Position numbers and translations under genes: made by a program. The notes below the pieces were generated by a model. That model did no database searches and was not told the DNA's origin. It saw nothing but the letters and a program-made list of their open reading frames with translations. DNA of 64,000 bases from Armatimonadota bacterium (GTDB lineage Bacteria; Armatimonadota; SYMT01): contig JAWLHY010000002.1 in NCBI GenBank assembly GCA_041690135.1, positions 352,001 to 416,000 on the forward strand, written 5' to 3'. The number at the start of each line of letters is the position of its first letter. The stretch's first letter is position 1. Shown here piece after piece: positions 10,104-19,548 of the stretch.

Positions 10104-11468
10104 ATGCGCAAGTTCCTGAAGCTGTCGGGAGTCGCAATACTGGGCATAGCGGTGGTTTGCGCCGCCCCGGCCGGGGCTGCACCCGGGCCGGAGCGAGCGG
10201 TGCTGGCGGGGAGCGAGGCCGTGTTGGTGGCCCCACCGGAGTTTGTGACGGAAGGGGAAGTGGCCGCGGCCGAGTGGTCCTCCTCCGGGCGCTTCGTACT
10301 GGCGTCCCGCAGCTTCATGCGCCTCCCGGACCGGGTCGAGGCGGTGGAGCAGGCGATGCGGGAGATCCGGATCGAGCAGAGCGTGGTGCTCTACGATGCG
10401 CAGAGCCGGACGTCGACCGAGCTGTTTAAAGTGCAGGCAGGTTCGGAGACCCGACCCGAGATCGGCTGGCTGCATGGAACCGATACCGCTTTTGTGGTGA
10501 CGAATTACTGGCGGAAGCCCGTGCCTGTCCCTGTGCCAGGCCAGGCGCCGCCGCAGCCGGAGCGCTGGCTGTTCCGCGTGGACGCCGGCCGAAAGGCAAT
10601 GCGCCCTCTGTACCGGGTCGTGGGGGACACCCGGCTGCACGTAGCGCCGGAGAGCGCGCTCGCGGTGCTCTTCAACCGGGAAGAGAAACTGCTCCAGGTG
10701 CTGAAGCCGGACGGCCAGCCGCGACAGGTGGTGGCGATTCCGGCGGGAACCGAACCGCTGGACGTTCGCTGGTCGCAAGACGGCCGCACTCTGCTCGTCG
10801 ACTGCCTGGTGCCCACCGGGCAGGGTGAAGGCGAGAAGTTCAAAGCCGGGATCTTCGCCCTGGATGTGACGAAGGGAGCACTGGCGCCGGTTTCGATGCG
10901 TCCGGCGCCCTACCGGCCGCAGGCGCCGGAAGGGGTGCTGCGCCTGCGCCACTCCCATGCCACGCTGCAAGAAGGAAAGGCGAAACAGCCGCTCCGCCCG
11001 CTGTGGCTGGAGAGTACCTCCGAGAAGGAGCCGGAGCGCGTGCTGGTGGCGCCGGACGCGCAGTGGGGACGCCTCTCCCCACGTGGGGATGCCGTGCTCT
11101 ACGTGAACGAGAGCGGGGCGTTCGTGGCGCCGTTCGTCCGGGTGGCGCGCGAGCCGTTCCTCCAGGCGCGGGCAGCGGCCATGCGGGCCGTCGCCCTGAG
11201 CAATGCCAAGCAGGTGGGGCTGGCCCTGAACATCTATGCGCAGGACCACGGAGGTCAACTCCCGGCGGCGGGCCAGCCGGTGGAAGAGCTGCTGCGACCT
11301 CTCGTCGGCGGTAACGCGAGGATCTTCGAGGGGCTGGTCTACACCCACCCGGGAGGTAAGCTCACCGATATCGCCACCCCGGCCACCACCGTGCTTGGTT
11401 ATATTCAGGCGCCCGAGGGCCGCGTCCAGATCTTCGCGGACGGGCACGTGGAGCTGGCGCGGGACTGA
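10104..11468 (+). CDS. Secreted beta-propeller-like protein with C-terminal DUF1559/H-X9-DG-like segment
   Basis: Signal peptide; WSSSG, WSQDG and LSPRG blade-like motifs; SNAKQVGLALNIYAQDH...LP and a terminal IFADGHV. Confidence 0.7.
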   Translation: MRKFLKLSGVAILGIAVVCAAPAGAAPGPERAVLAGSEAVLVAPPEFVTEGEVAAAEWSSSGRFVLASRSFMRLPDRVEAVEQAMREIRIEQSVVLYDAQSRTSTELFKVQAGSETRPEIGWLHGTDTAFVVTNYWRKPVPVPVPGQAPPQPERWLFRVDAGRKAMRPLYRVVGDTRLHVAPESALAVLFNREEKLLQVLKPDGQPRQVVAIPAGTEPLDVRWSQDGRTLLVDCLVPTGQGEGEKFKAGIFALDVTKGALAPVSMRPAPYRPQAPEGVLRLRHSHATLQEGKAKQPLRPLWLESTSEKEPERVLVAPDAQWGRLSPRGDAVLYVNESGAFVAPFVRVAREPFLQARAAAMRAVALSNAKQVGLALNIYAQDHGGQLPAAGQPVEELLRPLVGGNARIFEGLVYTHPGGKLTDIATPATTVLGYIQAPEGRVQIFADGHVELARD

Positions 11469-11568
11469 TGGGAGGGTGCACCACCCAGGTTCAGCTTGTT
11501 CGCGCCTGATTCACTTCACGGCAGGGCTGACTGGTGGTGAGTGGTGTGTGCTCTGTCATTGCAGGGAT

Positions 11569-11736
11569 GTAGGGCAGGCTTTCCGATGCCTGCCCGGTCC
11601 TGGCCTCGTGCCTGTCCTGGCGATCAGGACCCCATCCATCCCAGCATATGAAAACTCGCGGGGTGTCGGGGCCGCGTTCCACATGGCATCACGGGTGCAA
11701 GACCTGAGCCCGGCGGGGACGGAGATCCCGCCCTAC
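11569..11736. repeat. Convergent pair of GTAG REP-like hairpins
   Basis: + strand GTAGGGCAGGC-TTTCCGAT-GCCTGCCC at about 11569-11595; minus strand GTAGGGCGGGATCTCCGTCCCCGCC at about 11712-11736. Confidence 0.6.
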
Positions 11737-11872
11737 TTCTACAGGTGCAAGGACAGAACGCCGCTTTGTTTCCGAGAGAGGACACTGCCAATCGGAATCC
11801 AGGTGGCAAGAGACTGGTACAAGCCCGGCCGGTCCCCTCCTACCCGAGTGGTGTTCACAAACAAGGGTTGGC

Positions 11873-12643
11873 TCAGGCGGCCGCACAGGTCTCCAACTCA
11901 TCCGGGAGCACGGAGCCCCAGTACTGCCGGTACTCCTCCGGGGAGGGGATCCCCCGCTGGGGTTGAATCCCCGGCGCGACATGGGCAACGGCTGCGGCGA
12001 GCACTTCGAAGGGGCGGTAGCCGGTAAGGAGCACCGCCTTTTTCTCCGGGCCCCGGGTCGCACTCCGGATGATGAACGTGGGGAAGCGGCCGATCTGCCG
12101 GAAGCGCGCCTCGCGGAGGTCCTCCTCGAAGAGCCGGATGGCCGCCTCACCGCCCAGGTCCGCCTCGAACCGTTCAGGGTCCAGGCATCCCGCTCCCGTC
12201 TCGCTCGCCGCGCACTCGTGAGCGAGTTCGACAAGCATTTCCGGGTGGGCCGGGTTGCGCCGCTCCAGCATGCTCGCCTCCCGCAGGCGGCGCAGGTACG
12301 CTTCCTCCGCGGCTGGCCCTTGTAGTCCGGCGGCCTTCACCGCCAGGCAGGCCGGATACGAAGAAGCGGGAGGGTCCTCCACCCACAGGCGCTCGTCCAG
12401 GGGACGCCCGGTCTCCTTGCGCACGTAGAACCACTGGGGTCCCATCTGACCGGGGGAATGGACGGCATTGAGCGGATCGGAATAGGACTGCCAGTCCGGG
12501 AGCATCCCTCCCATGAAATACCGTCCGCGGATCTGGTCGCCGTAAAGGTAGCGGAGACGACGCCAGTGGGGCTCCATCGCCCAGCTCCAGGAACAGAGGG
12601 GGTCCGTGAAGTAGAGGACTTCCACTATCTGACCATCATTCAT
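11873..12643 (-). CDS. DsbA/FrnE/YjbH-like thioredoxin-fold protein
   Basis: YFTDPLCSWSW (CxxS), SSYPACLAVKAA, FPT cis-Pro motif. Confidence 0.88.
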   Translation of the reverse strand: MNDGQIVEVLYFTDPLCSWSWAMEPHWRRLRYLYGDQIRGRYFMGGMLPDWQSYSDPLNAVHSPGQMGPQWFYVRKETGRPLDERLWVEDPPASSYPACLAVKAAGLQGPAAEEAYLRRLREASMLERRNPAHPEMLVELAHECAASETGAGCLDPERFEADLGGEAAIRLFEEDLREARFRQIGRFPTFIIRSATRGPEKKAVLLTGYRPFEVLAAAVAHVAPGIQPQRGIPSPEEYRQYWGSVLPDELETCAAA

Positions 12644-12755
12644 GCAATCACCTGCAAGGGGGAAGGGGAGATCCCTTGAACGGCAATCTCTCCCCTTCCC
12701 CCTTTCTTCCCTCTCTCCCCTTCATTCCGAACAGGAGATCCGGCTCACTTGCGTG

Positions 12756-13757
12756 CTAGACCGGCGTGGTGGCCTCTTCCTCTTCGGTCTCGTCCACCTC
12801 CATCGGGCTGGCCACCGTCCGCTGCGGGTAGTCGGACCACTGGTTTTCGCCCTTGGGGATTGCGCTCATGATCTCCTGGCTGCGCATCTTCCCGAGCTCC
12901 CGGTTCATCCGCTGCACCTCATCCTGCGTGCGCGACGAGCCGCGGATCTGGCGGTTGATGAGCCCCTGGGTCTCCACGCAGTGCTTCAGCGGGTCGTCGA
13001 TGTAGTCCCACTGCTCGCCCGGGTTCCACGGGCCCTGGCCCTGGTTCCAGGGCCCGCGCGCGTCCGCGCCGTTCGACATATTGAAGTAGGCGTGGGTGTA
13101 ACGCGGGTCGCCCTGCAGCACTCCGGGCGGAAAGTTCGGCTGGATGGATTCCAGAGCGGTGGCGAACATCTGGAAATGCGCGATCTCGCGGGTCATCAGG
13201 AAGCGCAGTGATTCCTGGACGTGGGGGTCGTCGGTGAATTGGATCAGGTATTCGTAGACGATCTTGGCCCGCGACTCCGCCGCGATGTTGGAGCGCAAAT
13301 CGACGGTCAGGTCGCCGTTGGCATTGACGTAGGCCGCCGTCCAGGGCACGCCCTGGGAGTTCGTGAGCGTCGGTCCGCCGCCGGAGAGGGCGAGGAACTG
13401 CGGGCTGGCGAGCGCTTCGTGCAGCAACTTTTCCTTCTCCGCCTTCCCCTTCATCAGGCTGGTGAGCGGGTTGTTGGCCGCGGCGTCCTTCAACTCGCCG
13501 TTGACGCCGTCCAGGAGCATGGTGATGGTCGCCCCAACGATTTCCAGATGGCTCAATTCCTCGGCGGCAATGTCCATCAGCAGGTCGTACTTCTCCGGAT
13601 AGGGCTGGCGCGCCGAAAAGGCCTGGACGAAGTACTGCATGGCGGCCTTCAGTTCGCCGTTGCCACCTCCGAACTGCTCCAGCAGCATGCTGGCGAAGCG
13701 CGGGTCGGGCCCGGAGACGCGGGCGTTGAACTGCAATTCTTTCACGTGGTGAAACAC
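12756..13757 (-). CDS. Manganese catalase family protein
   Basis: EQFGGGNGEL, DIAAEELSHLE, NIAAESRA, TREIAH. Confidence 0.93.
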   Translation of the reverse strand: MFHHVKELQFNARVSGPDPRFASMLLEQFGGGNGELKAAMQYFVQAFSARQPYPEKYDLLMDIAAEELSHLEIVGATITMLLDGVNGELKDAAANNPLTSLMKGKAEKEKLLHEALASPQFLALSGGGPTLTNSQGVPWTAAYVNANGDLTVDLRSNIAAESRAKIVYEYLIQFTDDPHVQESLRFLMTREIAHFQMFATALESIQPNFPPGVLQGDPRYTHAYFNMSNGADARGPWNQGQGPWNPGEQWDYIDDPLKHCVETQGLINRQIRGSSRTQDEVQRMNRELGKMRSQEIMSAIPKGENQWSDYPQRTVASPMEVDETEEEEATTPV

Positions 13758-14036
13758 GAGGAACTCCTCCCATCACTCGAATGTTGGAGCGCCCCACGCA
13801 AGCCTCTCTCGTGGATGCTTGTCGGGTTGGTAAGGCCACGAGAAGAAAGAGACGCTCCGGCGGTACTGCTACCCCGTGGGGTCGCTGTGACTTTGCCCGA
13901 GGCTGCAGCGGCTGAAACTCACCTCGACCGATTCTTTCCGAACTCCCGGGGTTTGGATGGGAAAGCCCCTGGGAAACTCGGCTGCGTCCTTCCGCGATCC
14001 CCTACCTGGTGATTGCTTGCATCCAAGGAGGTTCCT

Positions 14037-15212
14037 ATGCAGCCAGGACGATACCCCTTTGTCGCTGCGTCGTTCCTGTTAACCAGTTTGCTGCTGGCGA
14101 GTCCCGGCCCGGCGGCCCAGCGCACCCAGACGATCACCGTTCCGGCGGATACCGTCGTCCACGTCAAACTCGATAAGCCGCTCACCAGCAAGACAGCTCG
14201 GATCGGGCAACCGGTGACGGCGACCATGGCGCCCACCGACCTGGGCGGGTTCCCGACGGGTACTCGTTTTGAGGGCATTGTCACGGATGTCCGGCCCGCA
14301 ACATCCGAGGGGCCGGGCCAGGTTGCCGTGCGCTGGCACGCCGCGGTTTTGCCCAACCCGGAAACCGTGCCCGCAAACGGACGCCCCTGGAGTCTCGGCC
14401 CCGAGGCAACCTGGCGAGATGATGAAGGGCGTCTGATCGGCCGGGACGATACCTATCGGCGATTCGATGACGATGACGACGATGATGATGACGGGTTCGA
14501 TCCGAAGTGGATCGGCTACGGCGCGGCAGGCGGAGCCGTGCTGGGCGGTCTGTTCGGGGGCGGCATCCTCGAAGGGGCGCTCCTCGGCGGGCTCGGAGGC
14601 GCCGCCTACGGGGCCATCGAGGGCGGGGTCTTCGGCAGCGTTCCGGGTGAAACTCGTCCCGTCCGCGTCGCCAGCGCAAAACTGGTCGCCCTGCAGGGCA
14701 ACCGGCATCCCGACGTGATGCTCGACCGGGGCGCCGACTTCGGCATCCGCTTCTCGCAGCCGGTTACGTTCACCGCCAAGGACACCTTGCGGTACCCCTC
14801 CCGGGCGCAGGCGCTGCGGGATGCACGGGTCCTTGGCACGCGGCAGGAACTGTTCCGGCCGCCGGTGGTTACCTACGGAGGCCGGGGAATCGAGTTCGAC
14901 GAGGCGCGGCCGGTGACCCTGGACGGAGTCCCGCTCGTCCCGCTTCAACCGATCGCCCAGGCAGCGGGACTGCGCTACACGCACGGGTTGGGCACGCCGA
15001 ACTTCGCCTTCCGAAGCCCTCTCGGGGATGTGACGGGGGCGGCCGGCCGCTCCACCGTGATGATGGGTGATCGACAAGTCGGGATCTATCCGTCGCCCGT
15101 GCTGCTCAACGGCGAGGTGTACGTCCATCCCCGCTTCCTCAACCGGGTCGCCGGGATGAACGTTACGTGGAATCCCATCGTGGGTCGGTTGGAGCTTATG
15201 GGGGCGCGCTAG
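14037..15212 (+). CDS. Secreted protein with glycine zipper and C-terminal copper-amine-oxidase-N-like (stalk) domain
   Basis: Signal peptide; VPADTV...LTSKTARIGQ beta domain; D9 run; GAAGGAVLGG zipper; DGVPLVPL...NGEVYVHPRF. AAGGAGG RBS. Confidence 0.7.
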   Translation: MQPGRYPFVAASFLLTSLLLASPGPAAQRTQTITVPADTVVHVKLDKPLTSKTARIGQPVTATMAPTDLGGFPTGTRFEGIVTDVRPATSEGPGQVAVRWHAAVLPNPETVPANGRPWSLGPEATWRDDEGRLIGRDDTYRRFDDDDDDDDDGFDPKWIGYGAAGGAVLGGLFGGGILEGALLGGLGGAAYGAIEGGVFGSVPGETRPVRVASAKLVALQGNRHPDVMLDRGADFGIRFSQPVTFTAKDTLRYPSRAQALRDARVLGTRQELFRPPVVTYGGRGIEFDEARPVTLDGVPLVPLQPIAQAAGLRYTHGLGTPNFAFRSPLGDVTGAAGRSTVMMGDRQVGIYPSPVLLNGEVYVHPRFLNRVAGMNVTWNPIVGRLELMGAR

Positions 15213-15418
15213 TCTCCTAGCAGGTCGATACAAGCCTGCTTTACCGCCTGGGGGTCTTCGCCTTCCACTTCCACCTCCACCCGCCACGGCGTGGCGCCGG
15301 GGTTCGGCCCCACCAGCCGGACCCCGGCACGGGGATAGCGCTCGCGGATGTTTTCCAGTTGCTCCTTCACCCCTTCGCCGACTTCGCGGGAGGGGACGGG
15401 CTCTACAAAGGTGCTCAT
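15209..15418 (-). CDS. Small hypothetical protein (69 aa)
   Basis: GAGAGGAG RBS before ATG; protein-like composition MSTFVEPVP...CIDLLGD. Confidence 0.6.
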   Translation of the reverse strand: MSTFVEPVPSREVGEGVKEQLENIRERYPRAGVRLVGPNPGATPWRVEVEVEGEDPQAVKQACIDLLGD

Positions 15419-15504
15419 TGACGGGTGCTCCTCTCTTTGTTGGTCTGCAGTTACGCGCCCACTTTTCCTGACGGCGGGAGGATGTAAACCCGCATCGTCC
15501 GGGT

Positions 15505-15990
15505 GCGGGGACTCGCCCAGGGCTGAACCCCTGGGCTTCGGAACGGCACGCTGCCCACCTCCGTGGGCACGTATCGCGCGCATTGTTCACAGCGAGTTCG
15601 AGATGCTCGCTGACGCATTCTAGCCTGCATCTGGATTGCGCCTGTCGTACTGGGTACCCGCCGGGCGCCCACGCAGGCTTGCGCCCCGAGGGGGTGTAGG
15701 CAGCGTGCATCTCCAGAGCGCGCCCGTTCAGGGGCGCGGCGGATCGCGCACCCGGACTCTCGCAGCGCTAAACCCCTGCGCTTTGGAACCGCACCGTCCC
15801 CGCCTCCGCGGGCACGCTCCACGCGCGTTGGTCGAGCGTTGTTTCTGGGTGTCGCCCGACGCAGGTGTGCACAGCGGGTTAATCCACGACCATCCTGCAT
15901 CTCCGCCGGGCGCCCACGGAGGTTTACGCCCCGAGGGGGTGAGGGCGCCGTGCGGTACCGGAGCGCGCCCGTTCAGGGGCGCGGCGGATC
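15505..15990. repeat. Degenerate tandem duplication of about 250 bp built from REP-like hairpins
   Basis: Blocks GGACTC...AACCCCTG(G/C)GCTT..GGAAC.GCAC and CGCCGGGCGCCCACG.AGG.TT.CGCCCCGAGGGGGTG...GAGCGCGCCCGTTCAGGGGCGCGGCGGATC each occur twice about 245 nt apart. Confidence 0.75.
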
Positions 15991-16007
15991 AGGATAAGGC
16001 AATGATC

Positions 16008-16203
16008 CCGTGTAAGGACAGCTGCCCTGACCAGGGGGATGGCCACGTCGCTTACGGGTACAGTTGCATGTGGCCGGATGCTTCGGCGAGAGGCTCATCA
16101 GGTTCGAGGAGGTTGCCGCAGATTTAACGCTCCTCGCCATGACGAATGTGGCCAATGCCTGAACGTCCGAACACCTGCACACCCGAACACCCGAACACCC
16201 GAA
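16008..16203 (+). repeat. Dispersed repeat element, copy A (138 nt) plus (CCCGAACA)n tail
   Basis: 16008-16145 aligns ungapped to the reverse complement of 25087-25224 (107/138 identical by hand count). Confidence 0.85.
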
Positions 16204-16245
16204 GAAGGCTTTCGTCCCTATCGCAACCAATAGTCCAGCAAGACC

Positions 16246-16542
16246 ATGCTGGACACACTGCGTCAGACTTTCACGGACAACTGGATCGCCTGGGCGTATC
16301 AGTACGGCCTGGGCGGGATCTTCTTCTGGGTGACCCTGGCTATCGGCATCCGTTCCGGCGCGCTGCACCTGCGCAGTCGCCGGGACCGCCGGGTCGCGGC
16401 GGCGCTGGTGATTGGGCTGTTCCTCTTCGCGGGAGGACACGCGCTCTGGATCACCGCAGTGCAGGGGCCGCCGGGCGCCCGCCCACAGGCGGAGATCGAG
16501 CAGATCACGCTGCGCGCGGCGCCGATCGGGAGGGGGAGGTAG
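16246..16542 (+). CDS. Small 2-TM membrane protein, probable partner of the downstream symporter
   Basis: Two hydrophobic segments; ends 4 nt before the SSS start and contains its GGAGG RBS. Confidence 0.7.
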   Translation: MLDTLRQTFTDNWIAWAYQYGLGGIFFWVTLAIGIRSGALHLRSRRDRRVAAALVIGLFLFAGGHALWITAVQGPPGARPQAEIEQITLRAAPIGRGR

Positions 16543-16546
16543 CATC

Positions 16547-18367
16547 ATGGGTCTCCTCCATCCGGCGGACCTCGTGGTCATTGCACTCTACTTCGGCGCC
16601 GTGGTGGGCGTGGGGCTTTTCTTCGGGCGCTTCACGCAGTCCACCGCCGATTTCTTCTTTGCGGGACAGCGGTTCACGTGGTGGCCGATCGCCGTCTCCT
16701 GCGTGGCCACGCTGGTCGGGTCGTACAGCTTCGTCAACTATTCGGACCTGGGCTACGACCACGGCTTCCCCAGCGCCCTCTACTACACGAACGACTGGCA
16801 CATCCTCCCGCTCTTCCTGCTGGGCTGGATGCCGGTGCTCTATTTCAGCCGGGTCAGCAGCATTCCGGAGTACTTCGAGCGTCGTTTCGACCCGCGTACC
16901 CGCAAGGCGGTCCTCATCCTCGCCCTCCTGTTTCTGGTGGGCTACATCGGGATGAACCTGCAAACCATCGGCGTGGTGGCGAACCGGTTAGTGGGGATTC
17001 CGGTCCTGGCCGGCGCCCTGGTGATCGCCGTCCTCTCCCTCATCTACATGCACCACGGAGGGCAGATGTCGGTGCTTGGGACGGACTTGTTCCAGGGCTT
17101 CCTGCTCCTGGTGACCGGCCTGTCCGTGCTGTTGCTGGGCGTGGGTTACGTCGGCGGCTGGGAGCCGTTCTGGATGGGGCTCGAAGGGAAATACCAGGCG
17201 CCGTTTCCCGGTTTCAACCAGCCGCCGGGTTACCACTTCATCGGGAGTTTCTGGGGTGACTCGATGGCCAGCACCCTGGCGTTCTTCTTCATCAACCAGG
17301 GGATGATCCTGCGCTTCCTCTCGGCCAAGTCGGTACACGACGGCCGCAAGGCCATGATCGTCTGCGTGCTCCTCTTCATGCCCCTCGCGGCCATTGCCGT
17401 CAGCGGCGGGGGCTGGGTCGGACGCGCGATGGTGGGGCTGGGAATGGAGGGCGCGCCGGAGAAGGAGAAGGGAGTCTTCGTCACCGTAGCGCGGATGGTC
17501 TGTTCTCCCGGCATGTTCGGCCTGGTGGTGGCGGCCCTGCTCGCCGCGCTCATGTCGACCCTCGACACCTACATCAACGCCGTGGCGGCGATCGGCGTCA
17601 ACGATATTCTCCGCCCGCTCCGTCCCGGCCGGGATGACGCCTATTACCTGAACGCGGCCCGGTGGATCGCCGTGGGCGCGACCCTGCTGGGCTTCGCGCT
17701 TGTGCCGCTCTTCGAGCTTTCGGACACCATCTACAAGGCCCACGCTACCTTCTTCGCCTGCGTGAACCCGCCGTTCGTGGCGGTGGTGCTGATGGGCTGC
17801 CTCTGGAAACGGTTCACCGCGCCCGCCGCGTTCTGGGCGCTCACCGCCGGGACCGGGATTACCCTGCTCTCGCTCCAGTTTCCGGGGTGGATCGCGCCGT
17901 TTGCTCACGGCGTTGCACCCACGGAAAACTACATCTACATGCGCGCCCTGTTCGCTCTGGTGACGACTGCCTCGATCGGTATTGTCGTGACCCTGGTGAC
18001 CCAGCCGCGTCCCGAAGCGGAGATCGGTGGTCTTTGCGTGCAGACGTTGCGGGCCGGGATGATCGCCTTCAAAGGCGGGGAGCCGAATGTGGAAGACGGC
18101 GAGCGGACCGGACACCTACCGGTCCGGGTTGGCGATACGGAGCCGGGCGTCCTGCGCGTGCCCGTGGCCGCCATGGAAACCATGAAGGCCCGAGAAGGGG
18201 ACCTGGTGTACCTGACCGATGCGCGGGTCTGGCTCGGGGGCCTTCGGAGTATCCGCCTCCGCCTGGGGCCGCCGTGCGCGGAAGCCGCCGCGTGCGTACA
18301 CGAGGCGGATTGCCGCGCCGGCAACCTGGATCTCAAACGGCCGGTCTACGCGGAGAAGATCATGTAG
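16547..18367 (+). CDS. Sodium:solute symporter (SSS) family protein
   Basis: DFFFAG, SIPEYFERRF, GGQMSVLGTD, LAALMSTLDT; about 13 TM helices; soluble C-terminal extension. Confidence 0.92.
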   Translation: MGLLHPADLVVIALYFGAVVGVGLFFGRFTQSTADFFFAGQRFTWWPIAVSCVATLVGSYSFVNYSDLGYDHGFPSALYYTNDWHILPLFLLGWMPVLYFSRVSSIPEYFERRFDPRTRKAVLILALLFLVGYIGMNLQTIGVVANRLVGIPVLAGALVIAVLSLIYMHHGGQMSVLGTDLFQGFLLLVTGLSVLLLGVGYVGGWEPFWMGLEGKYQAPFPGFNQPPGYHFIGSFWGDSMASTLAFFFINQGMILRFLSAKSVHDGRKAMIVCVLLFMPLAAIAVSGGGWVGRAMVGLGMEGAPEKEKGVFVTVARMVCSPGMFGLVVAALLAALMSTLDTYINAVAAIGVNDILRPLRPGRDDAYYLNAARWIAVGATLLGFALVPLFELSDTIYKAHATFFACVNPPFVAVVLMGCLWKRFTAPAAFWALTAGTGITLLSLQFPGWIAPFAHGVAPTENYIYMRALFALVTTASIGIVVTLVTQPRPEAEIGGLCVQTLRAGMIAFKGGEPNVEDGERTGHLPVRVGDTEPGVLRVPVAAMETMKAREGDLVYLTDARVWLGGLRSIRLRLGPPCAEAAACVHEADCRAGNLDLKRPVYAEKIM

Positions 18368-18394
18368 CGAGTATGCGGATAGCCAGGAAGCGAA

Positions 18395-19375
18395 TCATTC
18401 TCCCTTGACTTCCAGGAGATACCGCGCGAGGGTTTGCGGCAGGATGTTGCCTCCGGAGAGCAGGACGATGGTCTTGCCCTGGGGGCGGACCTTCCCGGCC
18501 AGTAAGGCGGCGGTGCACACCGAGCCGCCGGCCTCGACCACCAGCTTGGCCTTTTCGACGAGCCAGGCGATGGCCGCTTTCACTTCCTGGTCGCTCACCA
18601 GCACTACCTCGTCCACGTATTTCTGGATGTGCGGCCAGGGCAGGCGTCCGGGATGGGCGGCGATGAGGGCGTCGCAGATGGTGTCGATGGTCTCGATCCG
18701 GGTGATCTCACCCCGCTGTCGCGAGAGGTAGGTGGCGTTGGCGCCCTCCGGCTGGATGCCGATCACGCGCGCCTGGGGCCGCAGCTCTTTAACGGCGGTC
18801 GCCACACCCGCGATCAGGCCGCCGCTGCTGATCGGGACGAGCACCGTATCGACGTCCGAGAGGTCCTCCACCATCTCGAGGCCGAGGGTTCCGTGGCCGG
18901 CGATCACGTCCGCGTCGTCGAAGGTGTTGATCGCTCGGATCCCCCGCTCCGGTTCCAGGGCGAAGAGCGTCCTCCAGCGCGCGTCGAAGTCGTTGGGACA
19001 GAGAATGACCTCCGCCCCGTACCGGCGCGTTTTCTCGATCTTGAGCGGGGAGGTCTTCTCCTGCATCACCACCGTGGTGGGGATGCCCAGCAACCGGCCC
19101 ATGTACGACCAGGCGCTGGCGAAGTTGCCGGAAGAGGAGATGGCCGCACCGCGGGCCTTCTGCTCGTCGGGCAGGTGGTTCAGCATCGTGTACGCGGCGC
19201 GCGCCTTGTAACTGCCGGTGACCTGCAGGTTTTCCGTCTTGAACCAGACCGGCGCCCCCGCCACCTCCGTCATATCCTCGGAAAAGAGCAGCGGCGTGTG
19301 GACGATCTGCGGCGGCAGTTGGGCGCGGGCTTCCTGGATCTGGGCCAGGGTAACGAGCCGGATTTCCTCACTCAT
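18395..19375 (-). CDS. PLP-dependent threonine/serine dehydratase family protein
   Basis: KTENLQVTGSYKARAA, SSGNF, PISSGGLIAG, LSGGN. Confidence 0.9.
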   Translation of the reverse strand: MSEEIRLVTLAQIQEARAQLPPQIVHTPLLFSEDMTEVAGAPVWFKTENLQVTGSYKARAAYTMLNHLPDEQKARGAAISSSGNFASAWSYMGRLLGIPTTVVMQEKTSPLKIEKTRRYGAEVILCPNDFDARWRTLFALEPERGIRAINTFDDADVIAGHGTLGLEMVEDLSDVDTVLVPISSGGLIAGVATAVKELRPQARVIGIQPEGANATYLSRQRGEITRIETIDTICDALIAAHPGRLPWPHIQKYVDEVVLVSDQEVKAAIAWLVEKAKLVVEAGGSVCTAALLAGKVRPQGKTIVLLSGGNILPQTLARYLLEVKGE

Positions 19376-19548
19376 GCGGACCTCATCTCTGCGTGGGTTG
19401 AAATCTACCGGCGTAGCATTCCCCCCGCCTCTCCGGGCTTCCTCTCCCAGTGCAGCCGGGGATTGCTGGCGGTGAGGCGGGAAGACGGGCGGCCGGTTGC
19501 GAAAGTTCCTCGTGTCACCGTGCGTCCGTGGTGATAACTGTGTGACGT

